From: Minisyncoccota bacterium
Lineage (GTDB): Bacteria > Patescibacteriota > Minisyncoccia > Phycocordibacterales > Phycocordibacteraceae
Direction of reading: 5' to 3'
Assembly (NCBI GenBank): GCA_036517735.1
Contig: DATDUD010000048.1
Location: 3,559 to 67,558 of the forward strand
DNA: 64,000 bases
Shown: piece by piece, positions 9,681 through 19,478 of the stretch
Position numbering within the stretch: position 1 is the first letter of the stretch
Layout: every line of letters begins with the position of its first letter
Notes under the pieces: generated by a model
Database searches by the model: none
What the model saw: only the letters and a program-made list of their open reading frames with translations
Told to the model about the DNA's origin: nothing
Translations under genes and position numbers: made by a program

Positions 9681-10978
9681 AGGGCAGAATCGAGAGCCTG
9701 GTTAGCCGTGGTGAGCGCTTGTCCCACGTCCATCCTGCCGCTCGTGATATTCCCTATCATAGCCCCGAAGATGGAGTCGGTGGTTGCAGGCGATGGGGAT
9801 AGCCAGCCCTTTGCAACAAGCGCTTCAGGGAAATACACTGGCTGGAATCGATCCTCATTTGAAGGAATAAGGGCAGCGCGTGCAGCAGGCACCATGGATA
9901 GCGTGTTTGCCATGGCAAGTTGAGCATTTCGCTCGGCAAGGGCGATAGCGGCAGCATATGAGCCATTCGGATTCTTTGAGGTCTTCGGGATGGCGAAAGC
10001 ATATCCAAGGCCGTATGTCGTGCGTGAAGTCGAGCGCGAGGGCTGTGGCACCGGTGCCATATCGAAGTCGAGGTTCGGATTTCCTGCGCGTATCACTGGG
10101 AGCTCAGACGCATACCCGAAGTAGAGGGTGAGGTCGCCCGCAAGGAATGCTTGACGAGCGTTAGGTAGAGCTCGGTTCCATGAATATACCGTCTTCGCAG
10201 GATCAGAGAACTGCGTATAGAAAGAGAGGGCGGATATTGAACCGGATGTTCCTGAAACCTCTGGACCCTGATTCAACGCAGCACGAAGTTTTCCATTAGA
10301 AAGTTCCGTAACGGGAGTACCGGCCTGAAGGAGAAGCAGGGAGAGGATGCCGCGTGCATTCTGTACATTATCGTATTCTCCGAACGAAAGGAGGCTTCGG
10401 GTTATCTGCCCGCCACTCCGCACTGTTATGCGATCAGACAAACCAAGCACCGCTTCCCATGTTGCCGGTGGCTGAGGCACTCCTGCAGAAGCGAAGAGGG
10501 TTCGGTTGTAGTACATGACGAGAGGATCGACGAGAATCGGGATGCCATATGTGCCCTTGTCAGTGAGGTAGAGCTCGGTAACCGGAACGAAGGTATCAAG
10601 GAAGTCGCGCTGCGATATGGAAGAGTATGGAATGACGGAGAGTTTGTTCCTCTCCGATACGAGCTGCTCCTGTGAGATGAGGACCATGTCTGGTCCCTCG
10701 TCTATGGCAAGAGCCTCGGCGAGCTCTGCTCCGAAGGTGGCAAGGGGAATCTCAGTATACGAGACGTGCGCGAACTCCGGTCGTTCCTCACGAAGGTTCT
10801 CTATCTGAAGCGATACTGCCTCCTCTGGAAGGGTTCCCCAGATGCTTACTACTCCAATAGCGTCTTGTCCGTTATCGAATCCCTCGAAGCGAGCGAACAT
10901 GAAAAGACCGACAATGGCAATGAGGCCGAAAGCTGCGAGCACGATGATGCGAAAGGGCTTGATCTTATCGTAGTCCAT
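9677..10978 (-). CDS. Extracellular solute-binding protein (family 1-like), membrane anchored
   Basis: GPDMV, YGIPILVDPLVMYYNRTLF, PPATWE motifs. Confidence 0.85.
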   Translation of the reverse strand: MDYDKIKPFRIIVLAAFGLIAIVGLFMFARFEGFDNGQDAIGVVSIWGTLPEEAVSLQIENLREERPEFAHVSYTEIPLATFGAELAEALAIDEGPDMVLISQEQLVSERNKLSVIPYSSISQRDFLDTFVPVTELYLTDKGTYGIPILVDPLVMYYNRTLFASAGVPQPPATWEAVLGLSDRITVRSGGQITRSLLSFGEYDNVQNARGILSLLLLQAGTPVTELSNGKLRAALNQGPEVSGTSGSISALSFYTQFSDPAKTVYSWNRALPNARQAFLAGDLTLYFGYASELPVIRAGNPNLDFDMAPVPQPSRSTSRTTYGLGYAFAIPKTSKNPNGSYAAAIALAERNAQLAMANTLSMVPAARAALIPSNEDRFQPVYFPEALVAKGWLSPSPATTDSIFGAMIGNITSGRMDVGQALTTANQALDSAL

Positions 10979-10979
10979 A

Positions 10980-11513
10980 TTAGGAAGGCTTCTCGAATAC
11001 TATAGCGTAATGGTGGGCGCCTGCACGGAAGTCCTTCACTTTATGGAAGCCTACGTCGATGAACATCCGCTCCGCAGCATGTTCTGAGATGACGTGATCA
11101 GGAGTAGGACCGATGCCTCCGTAACTGCCTGCCCAGTCAATAACAAGAAGCTTTCCTCCCGGTTTCAACACCCGGTCTATCTCAGTTATTGCCGCCTTCT
11201 TATCCTCGACCTGAAAAAGAGTGTTTGAGATAACTGCTGCATCAAGAGCATTCTCCCGCAACTTAGTCCCACCCGGCTTTTCGATATTGCCCCACACGGT
11301 ATCGACATTGCGCAGATGCTGGCGATAAGCTGAATCTTTCAGATGCTTCAGAACGTCTTCCTGGATATCAATGGCATATACCTTTCCGCTATGTCCCACG
11401 ATATGCGCAGCGGCTAGTGCGTAGTGTCCGGAGCCTGCACCGAATTCTCCGACTTTCATACCTTCCTTCAGCCCCATTTGAAGGATGTTGCTTTTGGGTT
11501 CAGAGAACTGCAT
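10980..11513 (-). CDS. Class I SAM-dependent methyltransferase
   Basis: EFGAGSG motif I, YAIDIQ, RVLKPGG. Confidence 0.9.
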   Translation of the reverse strand: MQFSEPKSNILQMGLKEGMKVGEFGAGSGHYALAAAHIVGHSGKVYAIDIQEDVLKHLKDSAYRQHLRNVDTVWGNIEKPGGTKLRENALDAAVISNTLFQVEDKKAAITEIDRVLKPGGKLLVIDWAGSYGGIGPTPDHVISEHAAERMFIDVGFHKVKDFRAGAHHYAIVFEKPS

Positions 11514-11571
11514 TGCGTATAAAATAGCATGAGGCCGCCCCTAAGGACGGCCATCAAGCGCACAATGTTCA

Positions 11572-11721
11572 TCAGACGGCCGAAAGCGCACAAAGCGTTA
11601 CGCTCGGGCCTGCAGGCCACGATTCGCGGTTCCTCTGTGCGCGAGTGCACAGGTGATCCATGAGAATCGCGAAATTCGACTCCTCCCTGAAGCAAGTCGA
11701 CGACTGATCACGGTCTTTCAT
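11572..11721 (-). CDS. Small ORFan (49 aa)
   Basis: TTGCGT-17-TATAAC promoter (11780-11752), GGGAGG RBS, MKDRDQSSTCF...; downstream hairpin GGCCGTCC-TTAG-GGGCGGCC. Confidence 0.45.
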   Translation of the reverse strand: MKDRDQSSTCFREESNFAILMDHLCTRAQRNRESWPAGPSVTLCALSAV

Positions 11722-11791
11722 CACTGTCCTCCCCGTTTGATATCCTTTTGGGTTATAGCACCACGAATAAATGTACGCAACGCTTCCCGTC

Positions 11792-14700
11792 TTATAACGC
11801 CACCATCGATGCAATCGAATCACCCTCTCGCATCTTCATAATACGGACGCCCTGTGTTGCGCGGGAAAGGGTGGATATCTCTCCCGTAGCTACGCGGATG
11901 ACCTGGCCCTTCTTCGAGATGACCACAATCTCTTCTTCAACCTCTTCAGATCCAGTAAGGATCTTCGCGCCGATAATGGAGCCTGTCTTTGTGGTGACCT
12001 CGGCAGTCTTGATACCGGAACCTCCACGTCCCTGAATCTTGTACTCAGTCATGGAAGTCTTCTTCCCATACCCCTTGCCCATGATGATGAGGAGGGAAGC
12101 GCTCTTATTTGCGTCTGCCGGAACGATCTCTGCTGAAACCACACGATCCCCTTTTTTCACATTCATGCCCCGCACGCCGGCGGCCGTGCGCCCCATGGAG
12201 CGAGTGTCTGCCTCATCAAAACGAATGCTCTGTCCTGCTGCCGTAACTATAGAAACGCTGTCACCCTTTGCTGCAAGGCGCGCGGCAACAAGCTTGTCGG
12301 AACCTTTAAGGTTAATGGCGATGATCCCGGAGCGACGCACATCGGCAAAGCTCTTTGCCTCAACCTTCTTCACAACGCCCTCTGTAGTGACGAAGAAGAT
12401 TGAGAGCGCATCACGCGCAGATCCCTTGGGAACGGCAAGCACGCTCGTAACCTTCTCGTCTCCGGCAAGCGCAAGGAAGTTCATGATGGACTTGCCCTTC
12501 GTTGCGCGCTTTCCTTCTGGAAGCTCGTACATCTTCAGCTGGTACGCCTTGCCATAGTCGGTGAAGAAAAGAAGGTCGGAATGCGCGGAGGCCTTCACGA
12601 AATGAGTCACCACATCCTCTTCCTTGGTTGCGATGTCAACGACGCCGATACCGCCTCTCTTCTGTGCCTTGTACTCGTTCGGGTTCGTGCGCTTCACGTA
12701 TCCGCCCGCGGTAAGGACGAGGATGCTTTTCTCGTCAGGCACGAGGTCCTCAATTGAGATGTTCTTTACGCCTCCTTTTACGATCTTCGTGCGGCGCTCA
12801 TCTGCATACTTGTCGGCAAGCTCCGACAGTTCCTCGCGCACCACAGCAAGAATGTTCTTCGTGCTCGAGAGTATCTTCTTTAAGCGCTTAATGATCTCCT
12901 GCACTTCCTTGAGCTCGTCCTCGATCTTTTTGCGTTCGAGACCCGCAAGCGTCTGGAGACGCATGGCGAGAATGGCGGCTGTTTGTTTTTCTGAAAAGGC
13001 GAACTTCTTCTGGAGGGCAACACTCGCTGCCGCAACGTCTGCGGCTTTCTTGATAACGGCGATCACCTCGTCGATATGGTCGAGGGCCTTTGAGAGGCCG
13101 AGGAGGATATGCTCGCGGTCCTCGGCCTTTCGGAGATCGTATTCGGTGCGGCGCTTCACTACGATGTTCCGGTGCTTCAAGTATTCCTCGAGCATTCCCT
13201 TCAAGGAAAGAGTCTGCGGTACGCCATCAACCAGAGCGACCATGTTGTAGTGGAAGGTGCTCTCGAGCTCAGTGTATTTATAGAGGTTATTCAGCACGGA
13301 CTGCGGGTGTGCTGTGCCCTTGAGCTCGACCACGACGCGAATGTCGGCGGTGGACTCGTCGCGCAGATCCTTGATGCCTTCGAGTTTCTTGTCGCGCACA
13401 AGATCGGCAATGCGGGTTATGAGGGTGGCCTTGTTGACTCGGAACGGTATCGAGGTGATGACGATGTGCGTCCCGCGCTTGTCTTCGATGACCTCTGCTT
13501 CACCGCGCACGACGACTCCCCCCTTGCCGGTCGTGTACGCGTGCTTGATATCAGACTGGTTGAAAGCGACTCCGCCGAGCGGAAAGTCCGGTCCCTTCAC
13601 AAACTTGAGGAGGTCTTCGGTCGTAGCGTCATCGTTGTCAATGAGATGGGTAGCTGCATCAACAACCTCACGCAGATTATGCGGAGGGATGTTGGTCGCC
13701 ATACCGACGGCGATACCGAGCCCGCCGTTAAGGAGGAGGTTCGGTGCAGCTGCTGGAAGTACCGATGGTTCCTGTTCCCTGCCGTCATAGTTCGGAATCC
13801 ATGGAACGGTCTCCTTATCAAGATCATTCAAAAGTGCGGCACCAACGCGTGAGAGTTTGGCTTCGGTGTATCGCATGGCGGCGGCAGAGTCCCCGTCCAC
13901 GGAATTGTGCACGAAAACGCCGCTTGCAAGGGCGAAATTGTGAGTTCCGGGAACAGTGAGGTCGTATACGTCTTCACGTTCGACGAGAAAGCGCACACCC
14001 CGAACCTTGTGATTACGGCCTACTTCGGCAACAACACGTTCGATATTTCCTTCATAGTACTTGGTGATACCCGTGTCCCACTTGGTCGCACCGCCATATT
14101 CATAGAGGTGATCGCGCATATCTTCGTATGCCTGTTCGGAAGGAGTGCCTCCCTCGGCAAATATTGCGGCGCAAATTGCGTCGAATTTTACCTTCCCTGT
14201 GAGATTCGAACTGCGATTCTTATTCGCACGTACGATCTTCTCATGCATCGCCGCGCGGTATTTGGGTTCTTGCCAAAGCCGCTTGAGTGTCTTGGTAAGT
14301 CGCTGGCTATACTCATCTCGCTTTTCAGGATGTGCAGCTACGTACTCTTTGTTTATTTCGCTTAGTTGTGCACGCTTGCGTTCACGATATACAGGGTCCT
14401 GCCAATTCTCCTTATTTCGCTTTGAAAGCCGTTCAGCATATTGCTCGCGGTTCTCGGGATTACTCCAAAAGGCTTCGCGTCCCTCGCGCAACTTGCGGAC
14501 GTACTCAGGGTCGTTTTCGTGACGCGAAGAGGTAAGGCTTGAATGAAGTTCCCAGTGATCCAGCCAATCCATGCGACGGATATTGTCGGGGCTGTTGTTG
14601 AGCTTATTGAAATCGGCATGGTGCCGGACGCGTCCGTCTGCTACGTCATACGTTCCGCGATCGAGATTGTAGGCATCCGCAAGATGATGACTGAACGACC

Positions 14701-15442
14701 AGTGACCGGACAGGGGCTGTAGTACCATCTCGTACCCGAGCATGTCGTTCACTGGCGCATCCTCCTTGCCCGAAAGCCGCGTATAGAGAGGCATGAGCGA
14801 GGTACCAGGCATAAGGTCTTGAGCCTCGCAGTATGTCTGATCTTTGCACAGGAAACGGTGATTGGGGGTACAACGGATGCGGTCACCGGAATCGAGCTCC
14901 ACTTCAATCAGGTTGGTATCGCGGATTGTAAGTCGAGGACGTTCAATGGGAGCAATGCCGATAGTACCGTCATCCATAACCGTGAAAGTATAATTGCTCT
15001 TACCCTCCCCATCTTCTTCAACTAGTTCACCAAATGTAAGCGAACGTCCATCTACAAGTCGTACTTTCGTATCCTTTGTGAAGCAGCCGAAGTTTCCCTG
15101 CCCAATGACCAATGGGTAGCGGGTCGTGAAGTTCTGGGCAAGCTTCACCATGGCTTCGTATACAGAAATGTCTCCGTGTGGGTGGTACTTACCCAACACC
15201 TCACCGACTACCGTCGCTGACTTCCTTGTCTTTGCAGTGGGGCCAAGGCCGATCTCCCCCATGGCATACAGGATGCGGCGGTGCACAGGCTTGAGTCCGT
15301 CGCGCACATCCGGGAGCGCGCGGTCGGTAATGACCGACATCGCATAGTCGATGAACGAGGTCCGCATCTCTGCGGTGATGGACTGGTCAATGATGTTCAC
15401 GACCGGCTTCGGGTCTTCGGTTTTCTCTTCTTTCTTCGCCAT
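11792..15442 (-). CDS. gyrA: DNA gyrase subunit A containing an intein
   Basis: [29 protein letters not shown] catalytic Tyr, GyrA box QKRGGIG, beta-pinwheel CTD. Confidence 0.97.
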   Translation of the reverse strand: MAKKEEKTEDPKPVVNIIDQSITAEMRTSFIDYAMSVITDRALPDVRDGLKPVHRRILYAMGEIGLGPTAKTRKSATVVGEVLGKYHPHGDISVYEAMVKLAQNFTTRYPLVIGQGNFGCFTKDTKVRLVDGRSLTFGELVEEDGEGKSNYTFTVMDDGTIGIAPIERPRLTIRDTNLIEVELDSGDRIRCTPNHRFLCKDQTYCEAQDLMPGTSLMPLYTRLSGKEDAPVNDMLGYEMVLQPLSGHWSFSHHLADAYNLDRGTYDVADGRVRHHADFNKLNNSPDNIRRMDWLDHWELHSSLTSSRHENDPEYVRKLREGREAFWSNPENREQYAERLSKRNKENWQDPVYRERKRAQLSEINKEYVAAHPEKRDEYSQRLTKTLKRLWQEPKYRAAMHEKIVRANKNRSSNLTGKVKFDAICAAIFAEGGTPSEQAYEDMRDHLYEYGGATKWDTGITKYYEGNIERVVAEVGRNHKVRGVRFLVEREDVYDLTVPGTHNFALASGVFVHNSVDGDSAAAMRYTEAKLSRVGAALLNDLDKETVPWIPNYDGREQEPSVLPAAAPNLLLNGGLGIAVGMATNIPPHNLREVVDAATHLIDNDDATTEDLLKFVKGPDFPLGGVAFNQSDIKHAYTTGKGGVVVRGEAEVIEDKRGTHIVITSIPFRVNKATLITRIADLVRDKKLEGIKDLRDESTADIRVVVELKGTAHPQSVLNNLYKYTELESTFHYNMVALVDGVPQTLSLKGMLEEYLKHRNIVVKRRTEYDLRKAEDREHILLGLSKALDHIDEVIAVIKKAADVAAASVALQKKFAFSEKQTAAILAMRLQTLAGLERKKIEDELKEVQEIIKRLKKILSSTKNILAVVREELSELADKYADERRTKIVKGGVKNISIEDLVPDEKSILVLTAGGYVKRTNPNEYKAQKRGGIGVVDIATKEEDVVTHFVKASAHSDLLFFTDYGKAYQLKMYELPEGKRATKGKSIMNFLALAGDEKVTSVLAVPKGSARDALSIFFVTTEGVVKKVEAKSFADVRRSGIIAINLKGSDKLVAARLAAKGDSVSIVTAAGQSIRFDEADTRSMGRTAAGVRGMNVKKGDRVVSAEIVPADANKSASLLIIMGKGYGKKTSMTEYKIQGRGGSGIKTAEVTTKTGSIIGAKILTGSEEVEEEIVVISKKGQVIRVATGEISTLSRATQGVRIMKMREGDSIASMVAL
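13904..15085 (-). mobile_element. Intein (394 aa) with HNH endonuclease in gyrA
   Basis: G|CFTKDT block A, RCTPNH block [41 protein letters not shown]|S blocks F/G. Confidence 0.95.
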
Positions 15443-15446
15443 TTAT

Positions 15447-15791
15447 TTAAAAGGGTATGACCTCCTGGTCAGTTTGGTTCTGGTTATCGGCCTCGGGTGC
15501 GATAGTCGAGGTGGTGTTGCCGTCGACTATGGTGAGCTCGGGCTCCGAAGAGGGGCTTCCACCCAGGCTCTCTCCCACAGCTCCGACAAGCTCAGAGAAC
15601 TCTCCGCGGGCGTCTGTAACCTCCGCGGTGGGAGTCGCCTGCGGACTTGAGAGGGCGAAGGTGCCAGTTGCGACATGCGCGGCAAGCCACAGAACGGCGA
15701 CGAGGCCGGTTACGCCTGCAGAGACACCGATCGCCACGCGATGGCGCACATGTTCGGGCTTTTCCTTGAGGTTCTCGATGTGTCGGCGCAT
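15447..15791 (-). CDS. Hypothetical single-TM protein
   Basis: KPEHVRHRVA plus a TM helix; tight spacing with neighbours. Confidence 0.7.
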   Translation of the reverse strand: MRRHIENLKEKPEHVRHRVAIGVSAGVTGLVAVLWLAAHVATGTFALSSPQATPTAEVTDARGEFSELVGAVGESLGGSPSSEPELTIVDGNTTSTIAPEADNQNQTDQEVIPF

Positions 15792-15802
15792 ATCGATAGA
15801 GG

Positions 15803-16444
15803 TTAGGGCTGTATGACTATTATAGCACCATCCCGGTCTTGGACATCCTTTTTCTTGATAGTCAACTTATCCACTTTCTCGGCTTCCTCGCCCTCCTCCT
15901 TGAGGAAGGATTCGAGAGACTTAGCCTCACCCATACCGCTCCAGTGCATGGGAATGACTACTTTCGGCTCGAGGAAGGTCGCAAACTTCGAAGCTTCGGC
16001 CGCGTCAAGGACACCGTCTCCCCCGACAGGCACAAAGAGTATGTCTACCTCTTCAATGCCTTCACGCGCTTCCTGCGGGAGCGATACTTCAGACATGGCG
16101 CCGAGGTGCACTAAGGTCATACCCTCAAGCTTCACGGAGTAGATGGTGTTCATCGCTTCCTTTTGACCCTTGGGAAGTCCGTACTGGCTTTTGGTGAGGA
16201 AGCCCTGAATGGTGACTCCATCCTTTTCATACTCTCCCGGTCCTGAGATTACAAATGGCTCCTTGTCACCGAAGGCTACCTCCTTAGCACCATTCATATC
16301 GGGATGGTTACGGGAGATGAGAGCGATGTCGGCACCGAACCGTACGGCAGGCAAAGTGCCTCCCTTGGCAATAGGGTCAAAGACAAGAGTGAGGTCACCG
16401 AGGGTGACCTTGAAGCACTGCCCGCCGTGGTGGGTGATTACCAT
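15803..16444 (-). CDS. MBL-fold metallo-hydrolase
   Basis: DP, SRNHPDM, GPGEYE, HLG, PVGG, IPMH. Confidence 0.85.
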   Translation of the reverse strand: MVITHHGGQCFKVTLGDLTLVFDPIAKGGTLPAVRFGADIALISRNHPDMNGAKEVAFGDKEPFVISGPGEYEKDGVTIQGFLTKSQYGLPKGQKEAMNTIYSVKLEGMTLVHLGAMSEVSLPQEAREGIEEVDILFVPVGGDGVLDAAEASKFATFLEPKVVIPMHWSGMGEAKSLESFLKEEGEEAEKVDKLTIKKKDVQDRDGAIIVIQP

Positions 16445-16549
16445 ATGGCAATCATAGCATGGATTTGGTCAAAAGTCCTCTATTTGCAGGCCGAAATAAG
16501 ATTTCTGACATAACATCACGTTTTCCGTATTACCCAACAGATTGAGATA

Positions 16550-16578
16550 TTGACAAGATTTCAGCTCGGATATAGGCT
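16550..16578 (+). promoter_or_regulatory. Sigma70-like promoter
   Basis: TTGACA-17-TAGGCT. Confidence 0.55.
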
Positions 16579-16695
16579 ATGAATACCTAGCGTCGAGAAG
16601 CTTTCGGGCTAATCGGGGAGCTGGGATGTTCAAAACTGCCACGGAGACTTCGTCATGAAGATGCATCTGTCGGCCGGCATGACCGGTCACTAGGG

Positions 16696-16830
16696 ATGAG
16701 CATCATGCTCGGTAACATTCACTTCGACGGCTTCGCCGGCGATCGCTCGACCGCGCTGGTCGGTGGCCGCGGCAATCTCGGCGCCTGGGCCTGCCCGGTA
16801 ACGCACAAGCTGCTCCATCGGGGCAACTAA
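16696..16830 (+). CDS. Putative 44-aa peptide in a standalone transcript
   Basis: MSIMLGNIHFDGFAGDRSTALVGGRGNLGAWACPVTHKLLHRGN, between a promoter and a terminator. Confidence 0.4.
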   Translation: MSIMLGNIHFDGFAGDRSTALVGGRGNLGAWACPVTHKLLHRGN

Positions 16831-16894
16831 CGCGAGTGCCGAGACAACCACTTGTTTCTCTAGCCCGCGCTGATCGGCATATCTCAGCACAAGC

Positions 16895-16934
16895 AAGGGG
16901 GCGCGACCACTGTTGGTCGCGCCCTTCCTCTTTT
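16895..16934 (+). terminator. Intrinsic terminator
   Basis: GGGCGCGACCA-CTGT-TGGTCGCGCCC followed by TTCCTCTTTT. Confidence 0.75.
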
Positions 16935-17054
16935 ATATACTCCGTGCTATCTTCCCCCCATACCAGGCGCGTGCTTAGAAGCCGCGAGTGGGCTGTCCCT
17001 GATCGAGTTGTGCGAGATCAGTACCCACCGCAAAACCGCGCGCCTGCATTTCCA

Positions 17055-18185
17055 ATGCCAGAAGAAATTAAGGTGGCTGCTCCGGCAGCTCCAGTGCTAA
17101 CGGTGGGTGATGAGCATCCCATGTTCCGCCTCTCGGATTCCATCATGACTCCCCCAAAGGCGGGAGACGTTGTCGAAGGAACTATTATTGAACTCGTGCG
17201 TGGTCGTCTGTATGTTGACCTGCCTCCTTTCGGAACGGGTCTTATATACGGACGCGAATACTTGAACGCTGCAGACGTGCTCCGCAAGGCTAATCCTGGA
17301 GACACCATCACTGCAAAGGTGGTGGATCCCGCAGGTCTCGACGGGTACATTGAGCTCTCTCTCAAGGAAGCTCGTCAGGCAGCCATCTGGGGCGAAGCCG
17401 AGCAAGCTATCGTTGCCGGCACCGTTTACAACATTCCAGTTGCGGAAGCCAATAAGGGAGGACTCATCCTCACGTGGCAGGGCATCCAGGGCTTCCTCCC
17501 TGCTTCCCAACTTTCAAAGGACCACTATCCTCGTGTTCCTGAGGGCGATAAGGAGAAGATCTTTGGTGAGCTTAAGAAGCTCGAGGGTGTTCCCCTTGCA
17601 GTCCGGATCATCACCGCAGACGCCAAAGAAGGAAAGCTTATCTTCTCGGAGCGCACTGGAGACGAGGAGCTTGAAAAGGGTTCGCTCATCGATAAGTATC
17701 AGGTTGGTGACACCGTTGAAGGCGAGGTTACGGGCGCTGTCGACTTCGGCGTCTTCGTGAAGCTAGAACAGGGTCTTGAGGGCCTTGTACACATTTCGGA
17801 ACTCGACTGGGGACTTGTTGAGGACCCTCGCGCGATCTTCAAGGTTGGAGACCGCGTCCGCGTGAAGGTCATTGAGATCAAGGACGGCAAGATCTCCCTC
17901 TCAGTGAAGGCCCTTAAGGAGAACCCGTGGAAGACCGCCTCCGAACGCTACACCAAGGATCAGGAGGTGCAGGGTGTCGTCATCAAATACAACAAGCACG
18001 GCGCACTCGCATCTATTGAGGAAGGAGTTGCAGGACTCGTTCACATCTCGGAGTTCGAGACCCCGGCTGCGCTCCGCGAGACTCTGGAGCTTGGTAAGAC
18101 CTATCCGTTTACCATTACCTTGTTTGAACCGAAGGACCAGCGCATGACGCTTGCGTACGGGGGAGAGAAGAAGGGGAAGAAGTAA
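17055..18185 (+). CDS. rpsA: 30S ribosomal protein S1 (four S1 domains)
   Basis: S1 repeats (GFLPASQ, FGVFV..GLEGLVHISEL); start reassigned to MPEEIK. Confidence 0.92.
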   Translation: MPEEIKVAAPAAPVLTVGDEHPMFRLSDSIMTPPKAGDVVEGTIIELVRGRLYVDLPPFGTGLIYGREYLNAADVLRKANPGDTITAKVVDPAGLDGYIELSLKEARQAAIWGEAEQAIVAGTVYNIPVAEANKGGLILTWQGIQGFLPASQLSKDHYPRVPEGDKEKIFGELKKLEGVPLAVRIITADAKEGKLIFSERTGDEELEKGSLIDKYQVGDTVEGEVTGAVDFGVFVKLEQGLEGLVHISELDWGLVEDPRAIFKVGDRVRVKVIEIKDGKISLSVKALKENPWKTASERYTKDQEVQGVVIKYNKHGALASIEEGVAGLVHISEFETPAALRETLELGKTYPFTITLFEPKDQRMTLAYGGEKKGKK

Positions 18186-18195
18186 GGAGAGATGG

Positions 18196-18230
18196 AAATC
18201 AAAAAGGCCCGATTGCGGGCCTTTTTGATT
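18196..18230. terminator. Bidirectional terminator
   Basis: AAATCAAAAAGGCCCG..CGGGCCTTTTTGATTT between convergent genes. Confidence 0.85.
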
Positions 18231-18260
18231 TAAGAACTGCTAGCAGTTTAGATTTCAAAC

Positions 18261-18860
18261 CTACTTCGTATTAGCCGCAAGCATTGCCCTTTCAATACCT
18301 TCAGCTGTGAAGACTGTAATCGCCTCCGAAGCCTTTTTAAGTGTCTTTTTAAGCAGTGCTTCCTCAGCAGGCTTAAACTTCCCCACCACATGCTTGGTAA
18401 CCTTCTCGTCTCCCGACGGCTTCTTCACCTTGCCCTTCGCAGTTGCGCCTGAGATACCAATCTTCAACTGAGCAAATTCTTTTGTGCGCAGCGCACGCAT
18501 AATACTCTCGACGCCCTTGTGTCCTCCCGAGCCTCTTCCGTACATTGTCATCTTTATAGCTCCTAACGGCATATCAAGATCGTCCCTCACAACTAGAAGC
18601 TTTTGCGCTGCCTTAACGCTTTTCACGAAAGCTGGAGCTGACTTCCCCGAATGGTTCATATACGTTTCAGGAAGTACGAGCATCACCTTCTCGCCGTCTA
18701 TGCTCCCCTGAGCGACTAAAGCATTGGCCGCCTTCTTAAAGACGAAGTCCTCAAACCTTTCCTGCTTTGCAAAAAGCTCCACCGCCATGCGTCCAGCGTT
18801 GTGACGAGTCTTTGCATACTCAGCTCCAGGATTCCCAAGTCCCATGATGACGGTCGGCAT
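18261..18860 (-). CDS. pth: Peptidyl-tRNA hydrolase
   Basis: GLGNPG..Y..TRHNAG, PETYMN.SG, GGHKG. Confidence 0.95.
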   Translation of the reverse strand: MPTVIMGLGNPGAEYAKTRHNAGRMAVELFAKQERFEDFVFKKAANALVAQGSIDGEKVMLVLPETYMNHSGKSAPAFVKSVKAAQKLLVVRDDLDMPLGAIKMTMYGRGSGGHKGVESIMRALRTKEFAQLKIGISGATAKGKVKKPSGDEKVTKHVVGKFKPAEEALLKKTLKKASEAITVFTAEGIERAMLAANTK

Positions 18861-18926
18861 ATTGAGATGATTGTACCAAAGAGAAGGAAATATTGACGCG
18901 CAAAAGTCCAAGCGTACAATGCTCCC

Positions 18927-19478
18927 ATGAATCTGCTTGGAAGCGCCGTGAAGGAGATTGCGACGTTCCTGGTACTAGCGGTGGTTATCGTTCTCCCTAT
19001 ACGCTTGTTCGTAGCGCAGCCCTTTGTGGTCGAGGGAGAGAGCATGTATCCCACCTTCGATTCGGGCGACTATCTCATTGTAGACGAGTTCACGTACCGC
19101 TTTGAGGAAGCCGAACGCGGAGACGTCATCGTCTTTAAATACCCCAAGAACCCTGAGGTCTTCTATATAAAACGCGTTATTGGCCTTCCTGGAGAGACTG
19201 TTTCCATAAGCGAAGGGCAGGTAACGATACAGAAGATTGACGGAACTATGCTCATGCTTGAAGAGCCGTATGTGGTCGCCGAAGACGCTACCTATACTGA
19301 GAGCACGACCGTAGGACCGGGCGAGTACTTTGTGATGGGAGATAATCGTCCCCGCTCCTCCGACTCACGGGTTTGGGGACTCTTGCCCGATGAGAACATC
19401 ATGGGACGCGCGTTCCTACAGCTCCTTCCTGCAGGCGATATCGGACTCTTCCCTGGAACTGTTCAACTTCCGCAATGA
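18927..19478 (+). CDS. lepB: Signal peptidase I
   Basis: GESMYPT, YIKRVIGLPGE, GDNR..SSDSR.WG; TTGACG-16-TACAAT 6 nt before ATG. Confidence 0.95.
   Translation: MNLLGSAVKEIATFLVLAVVIVLPIRLFVAQPFVVEGESMYPTFDSGDYLIVDEFTYRFEEAERGDVIVFKYPKNPEVFYIKRVIGLPGETVSISEGQVTIQKIDGTMLMLEEPYVVAEDATYTESTTVGPGEYFVMGDNRPRSSDSRVWGLLPDENIMGRAFLQLLPAGDIGLFPGTVQLPQ

Noticed and set aside
16836-17054. N-terminal extension of S1 in the ORF track (likewise pth, tsaD, frr, DUF1653, truB)
   Set aside because: The extensions cross terminators, promoters or upstream genes; downstream ATGs fit the family N-termini.
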